Positions 1 through 14,209 of a stretch of 64,000 bases of DNA are shown here, one piece after another (position 1 is the first letter of the stretch; every line of letters starts with the position of its first letter). The stretch comes from the human T2T-CHM13v2.0 reference genome, Homo sapiens, in NCBI RefSeq assembly GCF_009914755.1, contig NC_060930.1; one strand, given 5' to 3'. The translations under genes were made by a program, and so were the position numbers. A model generated the notes under the pieces. It saw only the letters and a list, made by a program, of their open reading frames with translations, was not told the origin of the DNA and ran no database searches.

Positions 1-368
1 CAGTGTCCATTTTGATTCTTTTAAATGCATTTCATTTCCATCTATAAGAAGCAACTATATTCTCTTCAGGGGAAAAAACTCAAGTGTGTGATGTTTTGTG
101 GCTTACTAAATATGGTGGCAGATAGTTGCAGAATTTGTCCAAATATAAATTGTTAATGACTACTTCCCCCCCCGCCCTCAATCTGTGGTCAGATTTTTCT
201 TATTAGGAATCACAAAAGGGACCTGATTCTGATTTATGAAATGTTTACATTTCATGTTACAAATATTTACATTTCACTTTATAAATATTTATGTTTATTG
301 TGAACCTTGTATTTAGGCCAAAAAGTCTCAGAATAGTTAAAATTTTACTTCAATAATGACAGTAGAAA

Positions 369-660
369 GGCTGGGCGCGGTGGATCACGCTTGTAATCCC
401 AGCACTTTGGGAGGCCGAGGCGGGCAGATCACTTGAGGTCAGACCAACATGTTGAAACCTGTCTCTACTAAAAATGCAAAAAATTAGCCAGGCCTGCAGT
501 GGGCACCTGTAATCCCAGCCACTCAGGAGGCTATGGAGGCAGGAGAATTGCTTGAACCCAGGAAGCAGAGGTTGCAGTGATCCGAGATGGCACCACTGCA
601 CTCCAGTCTGGGTGACAGAGTGAGACTCTGTCTCAAAAAATAAAAATAATAGTAATAGTA
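369..660 (+). mobile_element. AluS with internal deletion of the B box
   Basis: ggctgggcgcggtgg... dimer, A-rich tail, degenerate TSD aataat..cagtagaa. Confidence 0.93.
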
Positions 661-1349
661 ATAATTGCAGTAGAAGACATCGATTGCTAGAGAAAACCAT
701 TGTGTTACTCTTCTATCCAGTAAAGTAATTGCAAATTTGGAAATAATTTTAATTTGATGATAAAAAACAGTTTAAAAATAGAGTGCTAGTATTTCAGTCA
801 CTTGTACCACTTTAGGTTTTAAACTGACCTTTCATCGTGTTCTATAATGATCTGACATTTTAACTATACCTTTTGTGTGTGTGTGTGTACTGTCTACATG
901 TTCTGTCTGATGGCATCATTATTTATGTGCATATCTTACCAGCCTCACTAGACTGAGGACAGTATCCATTGGGGGGTGAAATATAGAGGCAAGGAATAGT
1001 TGTTAAATATTTAATTCATAAATAAAATTGCTGAGAAAGAATTGATTCCGTTGCAAATACAGAACCAAGTTGTTTTCCTCCCTACTAAATAGAAAAGGGT
1101 TTCCACCCTAAATGCTACATTTTGGGAGAAATTATCACAATGTAGCTACGGTTGTTTTCCATCCCTTCTTCAGGATTATCTCTCTACATGACTGAATATC
1201 CTCTGCTTAGAAAACACACATTGTTGTCCAATGAAGTTGAAAAATCTTTATATGGGCTTTGGGTGCTCTTCAGACTCCCTCCTTTAATCATAATTGCTGT
1301 TGAACCTTGAATGCTAGTGTGGATTTCCTACATGATGTCATGGAAAACA

Positions 1350-1500
1350 CTGGTTTTGGGGTGTGGACCCTGGACCCAGCTCTGCCATTAACTATCCAAG
1401 TGATCTGGGACATGTAACTTGACTTCTCTTTCCTTCCTTTCTAAAATGAGGGGCTGGGACAAGACAATCTCCGAGCTTACTTCTGCCTCTAGGAAGTTGT
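1350..1500 (+). mobile_element. MIR-family fragment
   Basis: MIR core-like ctctgccattaacta...ctaaaatgaggggctggga; boundaries approximate. Confidence 0.55.
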
Positions 1501-1816
1501 AATGTAATTCCTTTGGAGACTTGCATAGTTGGATTTTCCCTTTTCCCTCCACCTATCTCCTTGAGAATTAGGTTTAGTTCCCTAGGTATGAGGCTAATGT
1601 CTGATTGTTCTGTTACAAATCTGAGAAGGATAATATTTTAAAGAAAGGTATCTTTCTGGGTCATTTGTGCCTCAGACTTAGGTGTTTGAAGGCCTTCTTA
1701 TCCCCATGTAAGGGTGAAGCCTCTAATAAAATAAAAGTTAGAAATTTGGATGCATGATTTAATTGAATTACCAAATGATTTTGCAGATAAAGTTCAACTT
1801 TTGTTATTACTTGTAG

Positions 1817-1924
1817 TGCTTGTTGAAAGCTTGGTTAACCGAAAAAGAAGAGGCTTTAAATAAAGTCCAGACAAGCAACTTCAAAGACCAAAAGGAACTA
1901 AGTGTCAGTGTTCGACGTCTGGCT
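1817..1924 (+). CDS. UTRN: UTRN coding exon, 108 nt (size matches DMD exon 15)
   Basis: ttgtag|TGC...GCT|gtaagt; [36 protein letters not shown]. Confidence 0.96.
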
Positions 1925-2207
1925 GTAAGTGATGGGGTTGTCAGCATCTGTGTTGTAAGCCTATGATATCTTAATGTTTTATAGCTAATGGTTAGTAGAA
2001 TTTAGTGAATGCAGATTACAGCTCATTACCTAGCATTAGACTGCTGCCCTGTAACAATCTGGAACCACGAGTCTTACCTTTTAGCATAGTGAACTGCAAA
2101 GCATGTACATTTTACTATAAAAGATACATGTTTAAAATTTTTGGCTGGGGAACAGAAAGACAAAGTCCTGTTAAAAAGAGTCATCTAATAAATATCTGAA
2201 ATACTAG

Positions 2208-2387
2208 ATTTTGAAGGAAGACATGGAAATGAAGCGTCAAACATTGGATCAGCTGAGTGAGATTGGCCAGGATGTGGGACAATTACTTGATAATTCCAAG
2301 GCATCTAAGAAGATCAACAGTGACTCAGAGGAACTGACTCAAAGATGGGATTCTTTGGTTCAGAGACTAGAAGATTCCTCCAACCAG
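2208..2387 (+). CDS. UTRN: UTRN coding exon, 180 nt (DMD exon 16 paralogue)
   Basis: tactag|ATT...CAG|gtactt; [11 protein letters not shown]...LEDSSNQ. Confidence 0.96.
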
Positions 2388-2699
2388 GTACTTTTTGATT
2401 TGGATCATATGTTGTGCCATGAAGTAAACATTTAAAATTTAAATGTTCAGGTTAGTTTTAATTTGTATGAAATAAACTAAAAAGTTGTTTCCTTACACCT
2501 GATGAAAAATTGACATGTGAAAATCACCTTCAGTTTTCTAAAGTAAGTTTTAATAGATTATCTTAATATCCTATAATTTAATTTATAGTAACTGATTATA
2601 CTTAGCCAATAAATAATCTTAACATCTTAAATCTTAAGTAATCTTATTAATCTTAAAAATATTTTAATGAATTAGTCAAACATAAAACATTGGTTTGTA

Positions 2700-3175
2700 G
2701 ACAGATATTCTTAGCAGCATTATTTATAATAGCCAAAAAGTGGAACAACTCAAATATCCATACACAGATGAATGGATAAACAAAATGTGGTGTATGCATA
2801 CAATATTATCTGATAATACAAAAGAACGAAGTATTGACACATGCTACAACATAGATGAACCTTGAAAACACTATGCTAAGTATAAGAAGCCAATCGCAAG
2901 ATTATATACGCTATGATTCCATTCATAGGAAATGTCCACAAGGGGAAAATCCACAGAGATAGAAAGTAAATGCATGGTTGCCACTGGTGGGAGTGGGGAA
3001 TGGGGAGTGTTGGTTTATGGCTATGGGATTTCTTTTTGGGGTGATAAAATGTTCTGGAGACAGACTGTGAGGATGATTATACAACTGTATAAATGTGCTA
3101 ATAACCATTAAATTGTGTATTTCAAAGAAAGAATTTTATAGCATGTGAATTACATCTCAATGAAGCTGTTATAAA
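2700..3175 (+). mobile_element. Old L1M (L1MB/MC-like) 3' fragment
   Basis: agcagcattatttataatagccaaaaagtgg...gatgaatggataaacaaaatgtgg; ends ~30 nt before the 3206 exon. Confidence 0.85.
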
Positions 3176-3205
3176 CATTGAAATTTTGGATGGCTTTTAT
3201 TTCAG

Positions 3206-3375
3206 GTGACTCAGGCTGTAGCAAAGCTGGGGATGTCTCAGATTCCTCAGAAGGACCTTTTGGAGACTGTTCGTGTAAGAGAACAAGCAATTACAAAAAA
3301 ATCTAAGCAGGAACTGCCTCCTCCTCCTCCCCCAAAGAAGAGACAGATCCATGTGGATATTGAAGCTAAGAAAAA
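3206..3375 (+). CDS. UTRN: UTRN coding exon, 170 nt, includes hinge-2 polyproline
   Basis: tttcag|GTG...AA|gtgag; [15 protein letters not shown]...[21 protein letters not shown]. Confidence 0.96.
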
Positions 3376-4404
3376 GTGAGAAGAGATAGAGAAATTGTTC
3401 AAATCCAATATTGCACATACTATATTTTCTACTTGGTGCCTATTTTGTACTAATCATTAATCATAGGCAAATCTAGACATAATAAGTATTATTATTATGA
3501 AAAGTCAACTACTGAACCACTCACTGCCCCTGTCTTCTGAATATTCTACTTGGCACTAGCTAAGCATCCAAATTTTCTTGGATGATTTTATTTATCCTGT
3601 GTTCAATTGGGAGAACTTTGTGATCGAAGCTTTCTTTCTTCCTTTCCCATTATTCTCCTTGGAAGGATATGATTGTCCATGACTGTCTTTTTATTCTTTC
3701 TTTCACTGTCACAACTCGACAGTGACCTCCTCAGTCTTTGAATATAGCTTCCCCAGTTTTTATTGTCAGAAAGTGCAGGGGATCCTTAACCATTCCTATT
3801 AACATGGTTTCCAGACCCTTTTATATCTTCTGTCTGCTCTAGAAACCACTATTGGTTTGCCTTAAAATGGACTACCCCAATAATCGAGGGCCTTAAATGA
3901 CTGCTTAATGCAGTGCCTAGTTTAAAATATATGCTTAAAAAATGGCAGCTCATTTCCACTTCTCTTCCCCTGGTGCTGCTGTGGTGGTGGTTTTTACCAG
4001 CTCGCGGTACAGTGGACAGTCATTTCCTAGAATGTAGACACCTGTTCCTGTGACCTGCGATCATTGCATCACTCTTGCCCATATTGAGAGCAGATGCTGA
4101 CTGAGTCTCCAAGGTCATTGGAAACGTGCGATTTTTAGATGGCCGTCTCTTCTCTGAAATATTAAATAGAAAGCTGCTGTTAAGATGACAGGAGGAACAT
4201 ATCCCTGTTTGAGCAATACCTTGACCCCAGATATTTATCTAGAGCATCACAAAATCCCTCACATTTTACAGGGAAAATCTACCTTGATGAAAAGATAAAA
4301 TATTCATAGTTCACCAGAAACACTTTAAGCAAAGTTTCTCACAAGAATCAGCAATAACGACTTGTGCCACTGCTTAATGTATCGAGAAGCTCTGTGGGGA
4401 GGGT

Positions 4405-4600
4405 ACTAGTTAAGAAGACAGTCTTGGTTTGAATCCCAGCCTCACCCTTTGTTAGCTTTGTGACATGGGACAGTTACTGAAAACCTCTGTGAGCTCAGTA
4501 CCTTCATCTCTAAAGGGGATAATAATAGTGTATACTTTTTAGGGTGCTGGTGAGGATTCCTTGAGTTAATAATAGACATAAAACACTTAGAAAGGGGCCG
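4405..4600 (+). mobile_element. MIR
   Basis: ggtttgaatcccagcctc...ctctgtgagctcagt...taaaggggataataatag. Confidence 0.75.
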
Positions 4601-4659
4601 GGTAGAAGGCCAGCAATCAGTGATCGTGACTCCTCTTGTTCCTCCTTGCTGTGGTTTTG

Positions 4660-5295
4660 ACCAACCTTCTCAACACCTCTCAAACCTGTCCTTTCGTCTT
4701 CCTTCCCACTGTTACTATCTTAGTTGTGACTCCCGTTGCTTTCACAGCCTGTTCTCGACTCGTCTCTCTTTAATGCCTTCTCCTCAGTGAACACTAAAGG
4801 ATAAATAGAATCATGTCAGTTCCATGCATAGAACTCTCCCTTGGCTCTCAACTGCCTTTGGGTTAAGTCCAAACTCCTTAATATGTCCTGCAGGGCCTTC
4901 TTGTAGCTGGTCCATGTGATTCTTGGCCACATCGTCAATTGTCCCTCCCTTGTGAGTTCAGTACTCATTATTCCAGACACGCCTAACTAATACTTGCAGT
5001 TTGCAAAATGTGATCTTCCCTTTCTCTGCTTTCCCTTGGCAAGGGAAACTCCTCAGTGTAATGCTGTTGTTCTCCTTTAGGAAGCCATCCATGCCCCAAT
5101 TGGATTAGAAGCCACTCCTGTGAATTCCTGGAATTAGCACCTAGCAAATTCTTTTGTTATTGCCTGTTACTTTCCATTGCTTACTAGACTAGAAGCTCCT
5201 TGGGAGCTGAGATTTGTATCTGGTTCACTTTCATATCAAGAGCCCAGCCCAGTGCCTGACATTTAGTAAGGCTCAATCATTACATATTGAACAAA
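4660..5295 (+). mobile_element. L2 3' fragment
   Basis: agactagaagctccttg...cccagtgcctgacatttagtaaggctcaat...attgaa L2 terminus. Confidence 0.7.
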
Positions 5296-5452
5296 AGAAG
5301 ATGTTAACTTTAGTGATGTCTGTACTTGTTCTTTGCTGATTATCTAACCAACTCTGGTTTTTATTATCTATAAGCATTTATAAAAATACAAGTGATTCCT
5401 TATAAAGGTGAAAATTGTTTTAATATGTAAAGTTTTAAAAATTTTTATTTAA

Positions 5453-5740
5453 GGCCAGGCATGGTGGGTCATGACTGTAATCACAGCACTTTGGGAGGCC
5501 AAGGCGGGCCGATCATGAGGTCAGCCTGGCCAACATGGTGAAACTCTGTCTCTACTAAAAATACAAAAATTAGCTGGGTGTGGTGGTGGGCACCTATAAT
5601 CCTAGCTACTCGGGAGGCTGAGGCAGGAGAATCCTTTGAATCTGGAGGCGGAGGTTGCAGTGAGCCGAGATCGTGCCATTGCACTCAAGCCTGGGTGACA
5701 GGGCGAGACTCCATCTCGAAACAACAACAACAACAACAAA
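5453..5740 (+). mobile_element. AluS with B-box deletion, (CAA)n tail
   Basis: Alu dimer; gaggtcag|cctggcc junction. Confidence 0.93.
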
Positions 5741-5975
5741 TTATTTAATTATTTTCTTCAATTGTTTATTAACCCTATAATATTATTACTCTTTTCATAC
5801 TTTTAGTTGTAAATATATGATCTCATTTTGCATGGTTACCCTATTTCTGGGTTGCTGTTTTTGGGGGAGTGATAAAAAGACATATTCCTGATGAGCATTT
5901 GAGTTGCTCTTTCTGGAGTCAAGTAAAACAGTAGAAGGAAACATGACAAATGGTCACCTCTGAATCTTCAAACAG

Positions 5976-6099
5976 GTTTGATGCTATAAGTGCAGAGCTG
6001 TTGAACTGGATTTTGAAATGGAAAACTGCCATTCAGACCACAGAGATAAAAGAGTATATGAAGATGCAAGACACTTCCGAAATGAAAAAGAAGTTGAAG
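5976..6099 (+). CDS. UTRN: UTRN coding exon, 124 nt
   Basis: aaacag|GTTT...AAG|gtaaaa; [15 protein letters not shown]...KKKLK. Confidence 0.96.
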
Positions 6100-7208
6100 G
6101 TAAAAAACATAAACCACATATATCCTAGTGCATAAAATAGTTCATCATGCTGGATTTTCTGCTGGCATAAAGACATTATGGAATTCAAAAGCCTCCTGTA
6201 AAATAAATGTAGGCAGAAGGTAGCTTTTAGTACATTGTAGTGAATTTTGAATCCATTCATGCTAGCTGTCATCAGATCCCTATTTGGAGGACGTTTTTTT
6301 TTTTTCATCTTTGTCAGTCACTGAGATGTACAGTGAGGAATACTTCTTATGGTGATCCAGTTAGTGGTACTACTTTTTAGTTAGTTTAGATCACCCTTAA
6401 TCTGGTATCTAATAATTTATGACTCTATATTAACATTATGCTGAAGATGTTTTGCCTTCGGAATACAACAAACTATTTTAAATCAAAAAGTGTATTCAAT
6501 ATATTTTCTTTAGAGTTGTAAAAAATAAATACAATTAAAAGGTGTGGGATCTTAGCCCTGCCGCTTTCCATGCTTATGTGTGTTTCTGAAGAGTGTGATG
6601 GGAACTTGCAGAGCTTTTTTGTCCTGGGTGCTCATACGTCTCCTACACATTACTGCATTAACTATTTGGGCACCTGGGTAGAGAATCTATAGTCTAGTCT
6701 CCTGCCATCTTAAGAGGTAGCAAAAAATCAACTTGTAAAAAGTAGATAATTGCCTTTTTCTCCAGTTCGATGGTGACTTTTACATTGATCTTTAGTTAGA
6801 CAAAATAAACGGTGTTTCTTAGAGTCTCTTACTAATATTCCTTGATCTTTGACTATAAGAAGGTTGTTCTACCTAGTCACAGTAAACTTTGTGAAAATCA
6901 AAGTAGGATAGCTGAATTTATTTGATAGCACTTACATGTAAACAATTTAGAATTGGGATTCTTCTCTGGATTGTCTGGTTGAAGTAATATGGGTTGCTCA
7001 GAAGTTGTGATTGTGTTATGATGGATACTATTTGAATAGTATATAAATATGAATAATATATAAATATCAGTTGGGGATGGAGGAATGAGAGAAAATTCAA
7101 ATACCGAGTTGTGTGCACATATAGTTGTGTTTTTGTGTGTATACATGATTTTACTTGCTTCATTCTTACTAGTTCTGGAAAGAATTTTGTCTTGGGAGTA
7201 TCAAACTA

Positions 7209-7603
<395 letters not shown>

Positions 7604-7683
7604 TTACTATTTTCATTATTTAAAAATTATGTATGAAATATGATTGTGCTTGAAGTTTGCATTGAACCCTAGACTTAATATAA

Positions 7684-8044
<361 letters not shown>

Positions 8045-8387
8045 TAGTTAATTTTTGTTCAACAACTTCTGTCATAACACATTCAATTCTTTTGACTCAA
8101 ACCATTATTTTTATGGCATGGCGTACTCAGGGTATGTATGTGAATAGATATCCTGGATCTAAAACATAATTTTAATTATTTCCTTCTAATAGGAGCTTAT
8201 AATTATGAGGTACATTTTTTTTCTTACAAAAGAAACCAATGCTTTTTAGTTGCTATGATTACGTTTGAATTTACCTTTTCAGATTTAAAAAGAATGTAGG
8301 AGGGCCATTCAACTTAAACATTTAAAACAGCAACATTATATTGAGAAGAAAGTTTGCAATATTCTTATGTTGGGACTTCATTTGCAG

Positions 8388-8475
8388 GCATTAGAAAAAG
8401 AACAGAGAGAAAGAATCCCCAGAGCAGATGAATTAAACCAAACTGGACAAATCCTTGTGGAGCAAATGGGAAAAG
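8388..8475 (+). CDS. UTRN: UTRN coding exon, 88 nt
   Basis: ttgcag|GCA...AAAG|gtaaga; [29 protein letters not shown]. Confidence 0.96.
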
Positions 8476-9234
8476 GTAAGATCCTTGATTTTTTTCCCCT
8501 ATATTTTTCAGATGGTGGCATCGAATAATATTACAGTTTGCCCTATTAAATATTTTGCTTTAATACTCGAATCCTCTTTTGGCTAGATAAATGGTTTTCA
8601 AAAATGTTTTTAGGCAGCAGAATCTTTAAAAATGAAATTTTATTCTGAAGCTGATTGTAAAAAAGCAGATAAAAGCAAAGTTGTTCTGATTTTATATGGG
8701 GTCGGGGCTGGATACCCTGATTAGCAGAACAGTTAAAACCCACTAGCATAGTATATTTTAAAACTGTATCCTTTGGGTTTATATATTGGGAATTTGTTTG
8801 CAGGGTGGTAGCAAAAGAAAACTTTACTTGGCAACATTTGGGAAACGAAGTTACGTTAAATTCATTAAGGGTATTTGATTTTTGATAACTTTTAATGCAT
8901 TATATTTATTTACTACAGTATTTTTATAGTTAAGTTTGATAAGGTGTTACTTATATATGAAATTTTTAAATGCTCCCAAGACTTTTTTTTTTGCTGTAGC
9001 TCCCAGTGACTCAGAATAAGCTAAAGATTAATATTCTTGATGTGCAGTTTTGCATATGAATCTCTCTTTGTTCTAGAGAAATGTTGAAAGACATTTCTTG
9101 CACTCCATGTACGTTGGTCTAATAATGGTAAGCACTTTGGAAGGCTGCTGTAGCTCTCCTTGACACCTGTACAGATACCTATACAGAATTAGGAATATTA
9201 GTTTGACAAGAATCTTAAAAGCAGTAGCATTTAA

Positions 9235-9610
9235 TTTTTTATTGTTTGACTTTTTGTTATGGAAAATATAACTGTATAAAAGCAAATAGAATACTATAAT
9301 GAACTTCCTTGTATCAGTTACCTAGTTTAGTAATTGACAATATTCTGCCATTCTTGAATTATCTATACCTTTACTCGTTCCTCAGCCTCTCAATTATTAC
9401 TATTTTTACAGTTTTCTTGGAAGTAAAATTTACTTACATTGAAATACATGACTTAGCTGTGCTGTTTTGACAAATAGATATACCTGTGTAACCTACACAC
9501 ACACATCACTGTAGAAAATTTCCATCTTTCCAGAAATTTCTCTTTTGGGTTAGTCACCTTCCTCCCTCCAGAAAACAACTGTTCATGTTGTTTTGACCTT
9601 AGATTATTTT
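9235..9610 (-). mobile_element. Old L1M 3' fragments
   Basis: ttatggaaaatata...aatgaacttccttgtatc...; ctgttttgacaaatagatatacctgtgtaacc; boundaries approximate. Confidence 0.55.
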
Positions 9611-9659
9611 GCCTCCAGCCTTTAACAAATATGTTTATTTATTTAGTATGTATACTGGA

Positions 9660-9742
9660 TATGTGTATACACACACACACACAAACACACAGAAACATAT
9701 ATACACACACAAACATATATAGATATATACACATACACACAA
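9660..9742. repeat. Compound (CA)n/(TA)n microsatellite
   Basis: Seen directly. Confidence 0.9.
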
Positions 9743-10978
9743 AATATGGAATGTATACCATGTGGACAGTGTATGTCCATTTATTTTGAAATTATGCAAA
9801 TGTATTATCAATCCATTTATTATTAATAAATGTTAATTTCTTTCTTTAAATAAATTAAATAGAATAGTATTTAATATTTTCTTTCAAAATCCATTCTAGC
9901 AGATTGTCTTAGTTGTCCTTCCTGTGGGCATCCCACTTGGAGGTTACTCTTTCCAGTATTTACTTGAAGAGATCCAGAGACACAAACAGATGATAACTTC
10001 CCTTGAGATTCATTCAATAATTATAATGCATTGGATGTTGAATTTATTTCCTTTACAAGCATAGATTTTTTACTTCTACCTCAGCATTGTACCTGGTGAC
10101 TCTGACTTTATCTGATGTGAATATGGGATAATTTCTTGAATCTGTGTACTGAATTTACTCCCATTTCTGTCAGGTTTTCAGCAGTGTGGCAGAATTATGA
10201 AGATGGGGGAGACTTGATGTAGATGAGAAGTTGGTGCGAGGTGATGTTATAGTGAGAATAACAGTGATTGGGGGAATGGGCAAACTTGGATTCTCCTGTC
10301 CTTTTCTAGTTTCTTATCCTTGGGAAAGTCTTGGAACCCTTGTTTCTTTGCCTTGGTGTCTGGAAAATGAGGGAGTTTATTAGCTGACTCTTAGCTGTTA
10401 GTTTATCAGGTGACTATTAGTTTATTAGCTGACTATAGGCTTTGGTCCATAAAATTCTACCATAAATGGGTCCTAAATAGACACATTCTGGACATTGAGT
10501 TCACATGAAAGTGCTACTTGCAAAAGGCCAAAGGCAACACTGGAGAATAGTTGACATGGGGCTTTTGTCACCTAATGTATACTTGCCCAATTTCATAGGA
10601 AACCTTTTATAGTTTGTATTATCATGTTTTTTCAAGCATTGGTGGAATTAGAAATGCATTCATTAGAGGACCCTAATTCTTTTTTGTTTTAAAGATGCAT
10701 CTATTAAAAAATTTTTTTTAGGACAACAGTGGGAAGCTGAGAAATGGGGGAGCTGAACTGGATAAAGTCTGTGTGTTCCAGTTCAGTTAGGGAGGCATGT
10801 CAAATTCTTCAGTAAAACCCATATTTGAATAATCACGTCACTGTTTTTCTGAAACCAGTTCCATCAAAAAGCCCACCATAGCCAATTCTGATAGGTCTTT
10901 CCTGCCTAATGCATTTTACATAAGTTTTGAGGTATCTCATAGAGCATAGAAACAATTTTAGAAAATAAAATAGCGTGA

Positions 10979-11335
<357 letters not shown>

Positions 11336-13381
11336 TCATAGCTGATATACTTGGTTTTCTTCGTTTAGCTTATCTTGTTCCTAGAGCTCTTCATCTAGTA
11401 AAATACAGTAGAGTAGTTGGGCATCTGGATAATGTGGCTTTATGAATCAATGCCCATTGTGGTTGCCTAAGCATATAAGCCCAGGAAGTTTGGTGAAGGT
11501 CCTATGTTTTGTAAACGTTTCCCTTGATTCCAATAGTGATAGACTGAGAAGTGTAAAGTCAAGTGAGACTGAGTGGCAGGAATGTGTTCTATGTTCTCCC
11601 TTTTAGACAATTAATAAAGTGATCTTCTGTTGATTTTGCCTTTTGACTAGTCACCTTCTAAGAACTCTGTGTTTTATAGAAATAGAAAATTTTAAACTCT
11701 GGATCTCTGGGAGTAAAACAACTATTTTTAAAGACAATGTGCAGTTTTCCTTTTATAAGATGTAAATTGTGTTTGAATCATTACCGGGCATCACTGTAAC
11801 CAGCAATATCTCAGGATTAGAGAAAGGGAGATTCAGATGTTTAAAATTGGTTTAAAGAGGCAAAATGAATGGCTTGTAAGACATTGTCAGTGAAAAAATA
11901 ACTGAAGTTGTTTTAACCGCCCTTGTTCTTGAAGTGAGCACCTCTTTCCAGTTTTCTAGATGAGTAGTGGTAATTTTCCATCTCAGAAATTTTATTTACC
12001 TACTTAATTTTCTTCCTTGATTAGTATGAATTGTCCAACATAAAGATGATGTGGCTGGTGTTACTATTCCTTTGCCTGCCTAGAATAGAAATGATGGGGC
12101 AGGGGCATGACCCATATCTCCATTGTTCATATTGTTAGGAAAATGGTGATTTGTTTTGTATACTCTCCCCATTAACAGGGGTAATGCAGCATGGCTTGTG
12201 GTGTGAATGCTTTGCTTATGTCTCATATTCTCTTACCTGAGAGATGGTGGTGAACAGTGAACTTCTGCAATTGACATAGGTGACACATTCAAATGACAGC
12301 ATGATATGCCCTCATTTATGATTTTCAGTAGACACAGTGTATTATAAAAATTTTCAAAGTTGCATTGTCTGTGGATCATACATGACTTTTTGTTTTTATG
12401 CCTTTGTTTTTTAGTTCAAGCTCTCATTATCCTGGATTTTGATCATATATGTTTATAAAGCAGGATTGTTTTATTGCTTTCCTACTCAATAAAAATGTGA
12501 AGCCATCCTTTTGGTATGCATGTTTTCCTCCGAATAGAAAGATTCCTTTGAAGATTTCCCATACTTTTTCATAGTCATTTTAGAGGATTTGAAGGTATTT
12601 TAGATTAAGGGAAGGACTATGATAAAACCTATTATTATATATGACTTTATTATTTTTAGGAACATTCTCTACTTTTCAAAAATATCGGACAAATAAAATG
12701 ATAAGATTTCAGTAATAAAAATGGTGGCATTGTTTTCCCTGATGTGTTTCTAAAGTAGATCATCTTATTGCTGCCTCAGTCTTTTGGTATTTGCTTATTT
12801 ATGTGCAAGGTCTCCAGTGGGCTTGCTGATGCTTCTAGAGCCTGGCTGCTGGCTTAATATTCCTGCACTCACCAGGTTGCTTCCCAGCATAAGGCATCCT
12901 CGCCATTCATTTTTTAATTTATATGACACTGTGCTTTGGTCACCAAGACCTGAGCTGCCTCCTAGTTTTTCTAGCCAGCTTTCTTTTTTTCTTAGGACAA
13001 AGGGTCTTCTTTCTGAAGTCGGGCCTAGACAGATCAAGGTAGTTGATCTTATTTCACTGGTTCAGGTGATAAACTAGCAGAGTAGAAGCATGGCATGGAT
13101 GGAAACATATATTATCTAGAAAAGGCAGTGGCTGAAGTTCTACTGATGTGCCTGAATCGTTATTTTAAAATGTCTTTCTTCTTTGTTCAAGGAATTGAAA
13201 TAAACATCATTATTTTTAAGTGCATCATTATAAATTTTTGTTGTTGTATTAAAAGGGACTTAAGAAAGTGATCATTATGTGTGACATTGCCTCACTATTC
13301 TGAGTGTTAGAATGTTCAGAATAAATTCAAGACACATTTTGTAATATATAGACTGTTTGCTTGTTTTTCATGTCTGCATAG

Positions 13382-13623
13382 AAGGCCTTCCTACTGAAGA
13401 AATAAAAAATGTTCTGGAGAAGGTTTCATCAGAATGGAAGAATGTATCTCAACATTTGGAAGATCTAGAAAGAAAGATTCAGCTACAGGAAGATATAAAT
13501 GCTTATTTCAAGCAGCTTGATGAGCTTGAAAAGGTCATCAAGACAAAGGAGGAGTGGGTAAAACACACTTCCATTTCTGAATCTTCCCGGCAGTCCTTGC
13601 CAAGCTTGAAGGATTCCTGTCAG
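13382..13623 (+). CDS. UTRN: UTRN coding exon, 242 nt
   Basis: gcatag|AAGGC...CAG|gtaagg; [11 protein letters not shown]...LKDSCQ. Confidence 0.95.
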
Positions 13624-13785
13624 GTAAGGAGCCAACGGTCTGGAAAGTGGAGGAATTCTATGTGCAGTTCCAGAGTTAAGGAGGGCTTCTCGTATCATGA
13701 ACTTTAAGTTAATGCTGCCCTGATTAACTTCCTGTGAGGATGTTCATCTTCAGTGAGTTGTGTGACCGTATTTTCTCTTCCTTAG

Positions 13786-13966
13786 CGGGAATTGACAAAT
13801 CTTCTTGGCCTTCACCCCAAAATTGAAATGGCTCGTGCAAGCTGCTCGGCCCTGATGTCTCAGCCTTCTGCCCCAGATTTTGTCCAGCGGGGCTTCGATA
13901 GCTTTCTGGGCCGCTACCAAGCTGTACAAGAGGCTGTAGAGGATCGTCAACAACATCTAGAGAATG
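13786..13966 (+). CDS. UTRN: UTRN coding exon, 181 nt
   Basis: ccttag|CGG...AATG|gtaaac; [12 protein letters not shown]...QQHLEN. Confidence 0.96.
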
Positions 13967-14209
13967 GTAAACCCAACAATTTTAAAATCTCCTGTCTCAG
14001 TTTGCCTTAATGTAAACATGACTCCCAACATTTAGAACTTGAGTACACTTGCTTGCTTTGCACCAACCTTCTCCATTTTCCTTTGTGCCTGTATTGTTCA
14101 AAGTCTTAAAGTCTTCTGTATTCAGATTCTTTTCCAGATTCACACCTTTTTGTAAACATACAAGCAAGTTTCACATTCTCTAAAATTGTGTCAGTAGGAT
14201 ATAATAATA

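Noticed and set aside
350-700. Alu-derived ORFs here and elsewhere (e.g. 7206-7574, 19080-19454, 39090-39410)
   Set aside because: Typical Alu translation artefacts with no independent coding evidence.
13624-13785. In-frame retention of the 162-nt intron
   Set aside because: Length is a multiple of 3 but there is an in-frame TAA at 13705-13707.
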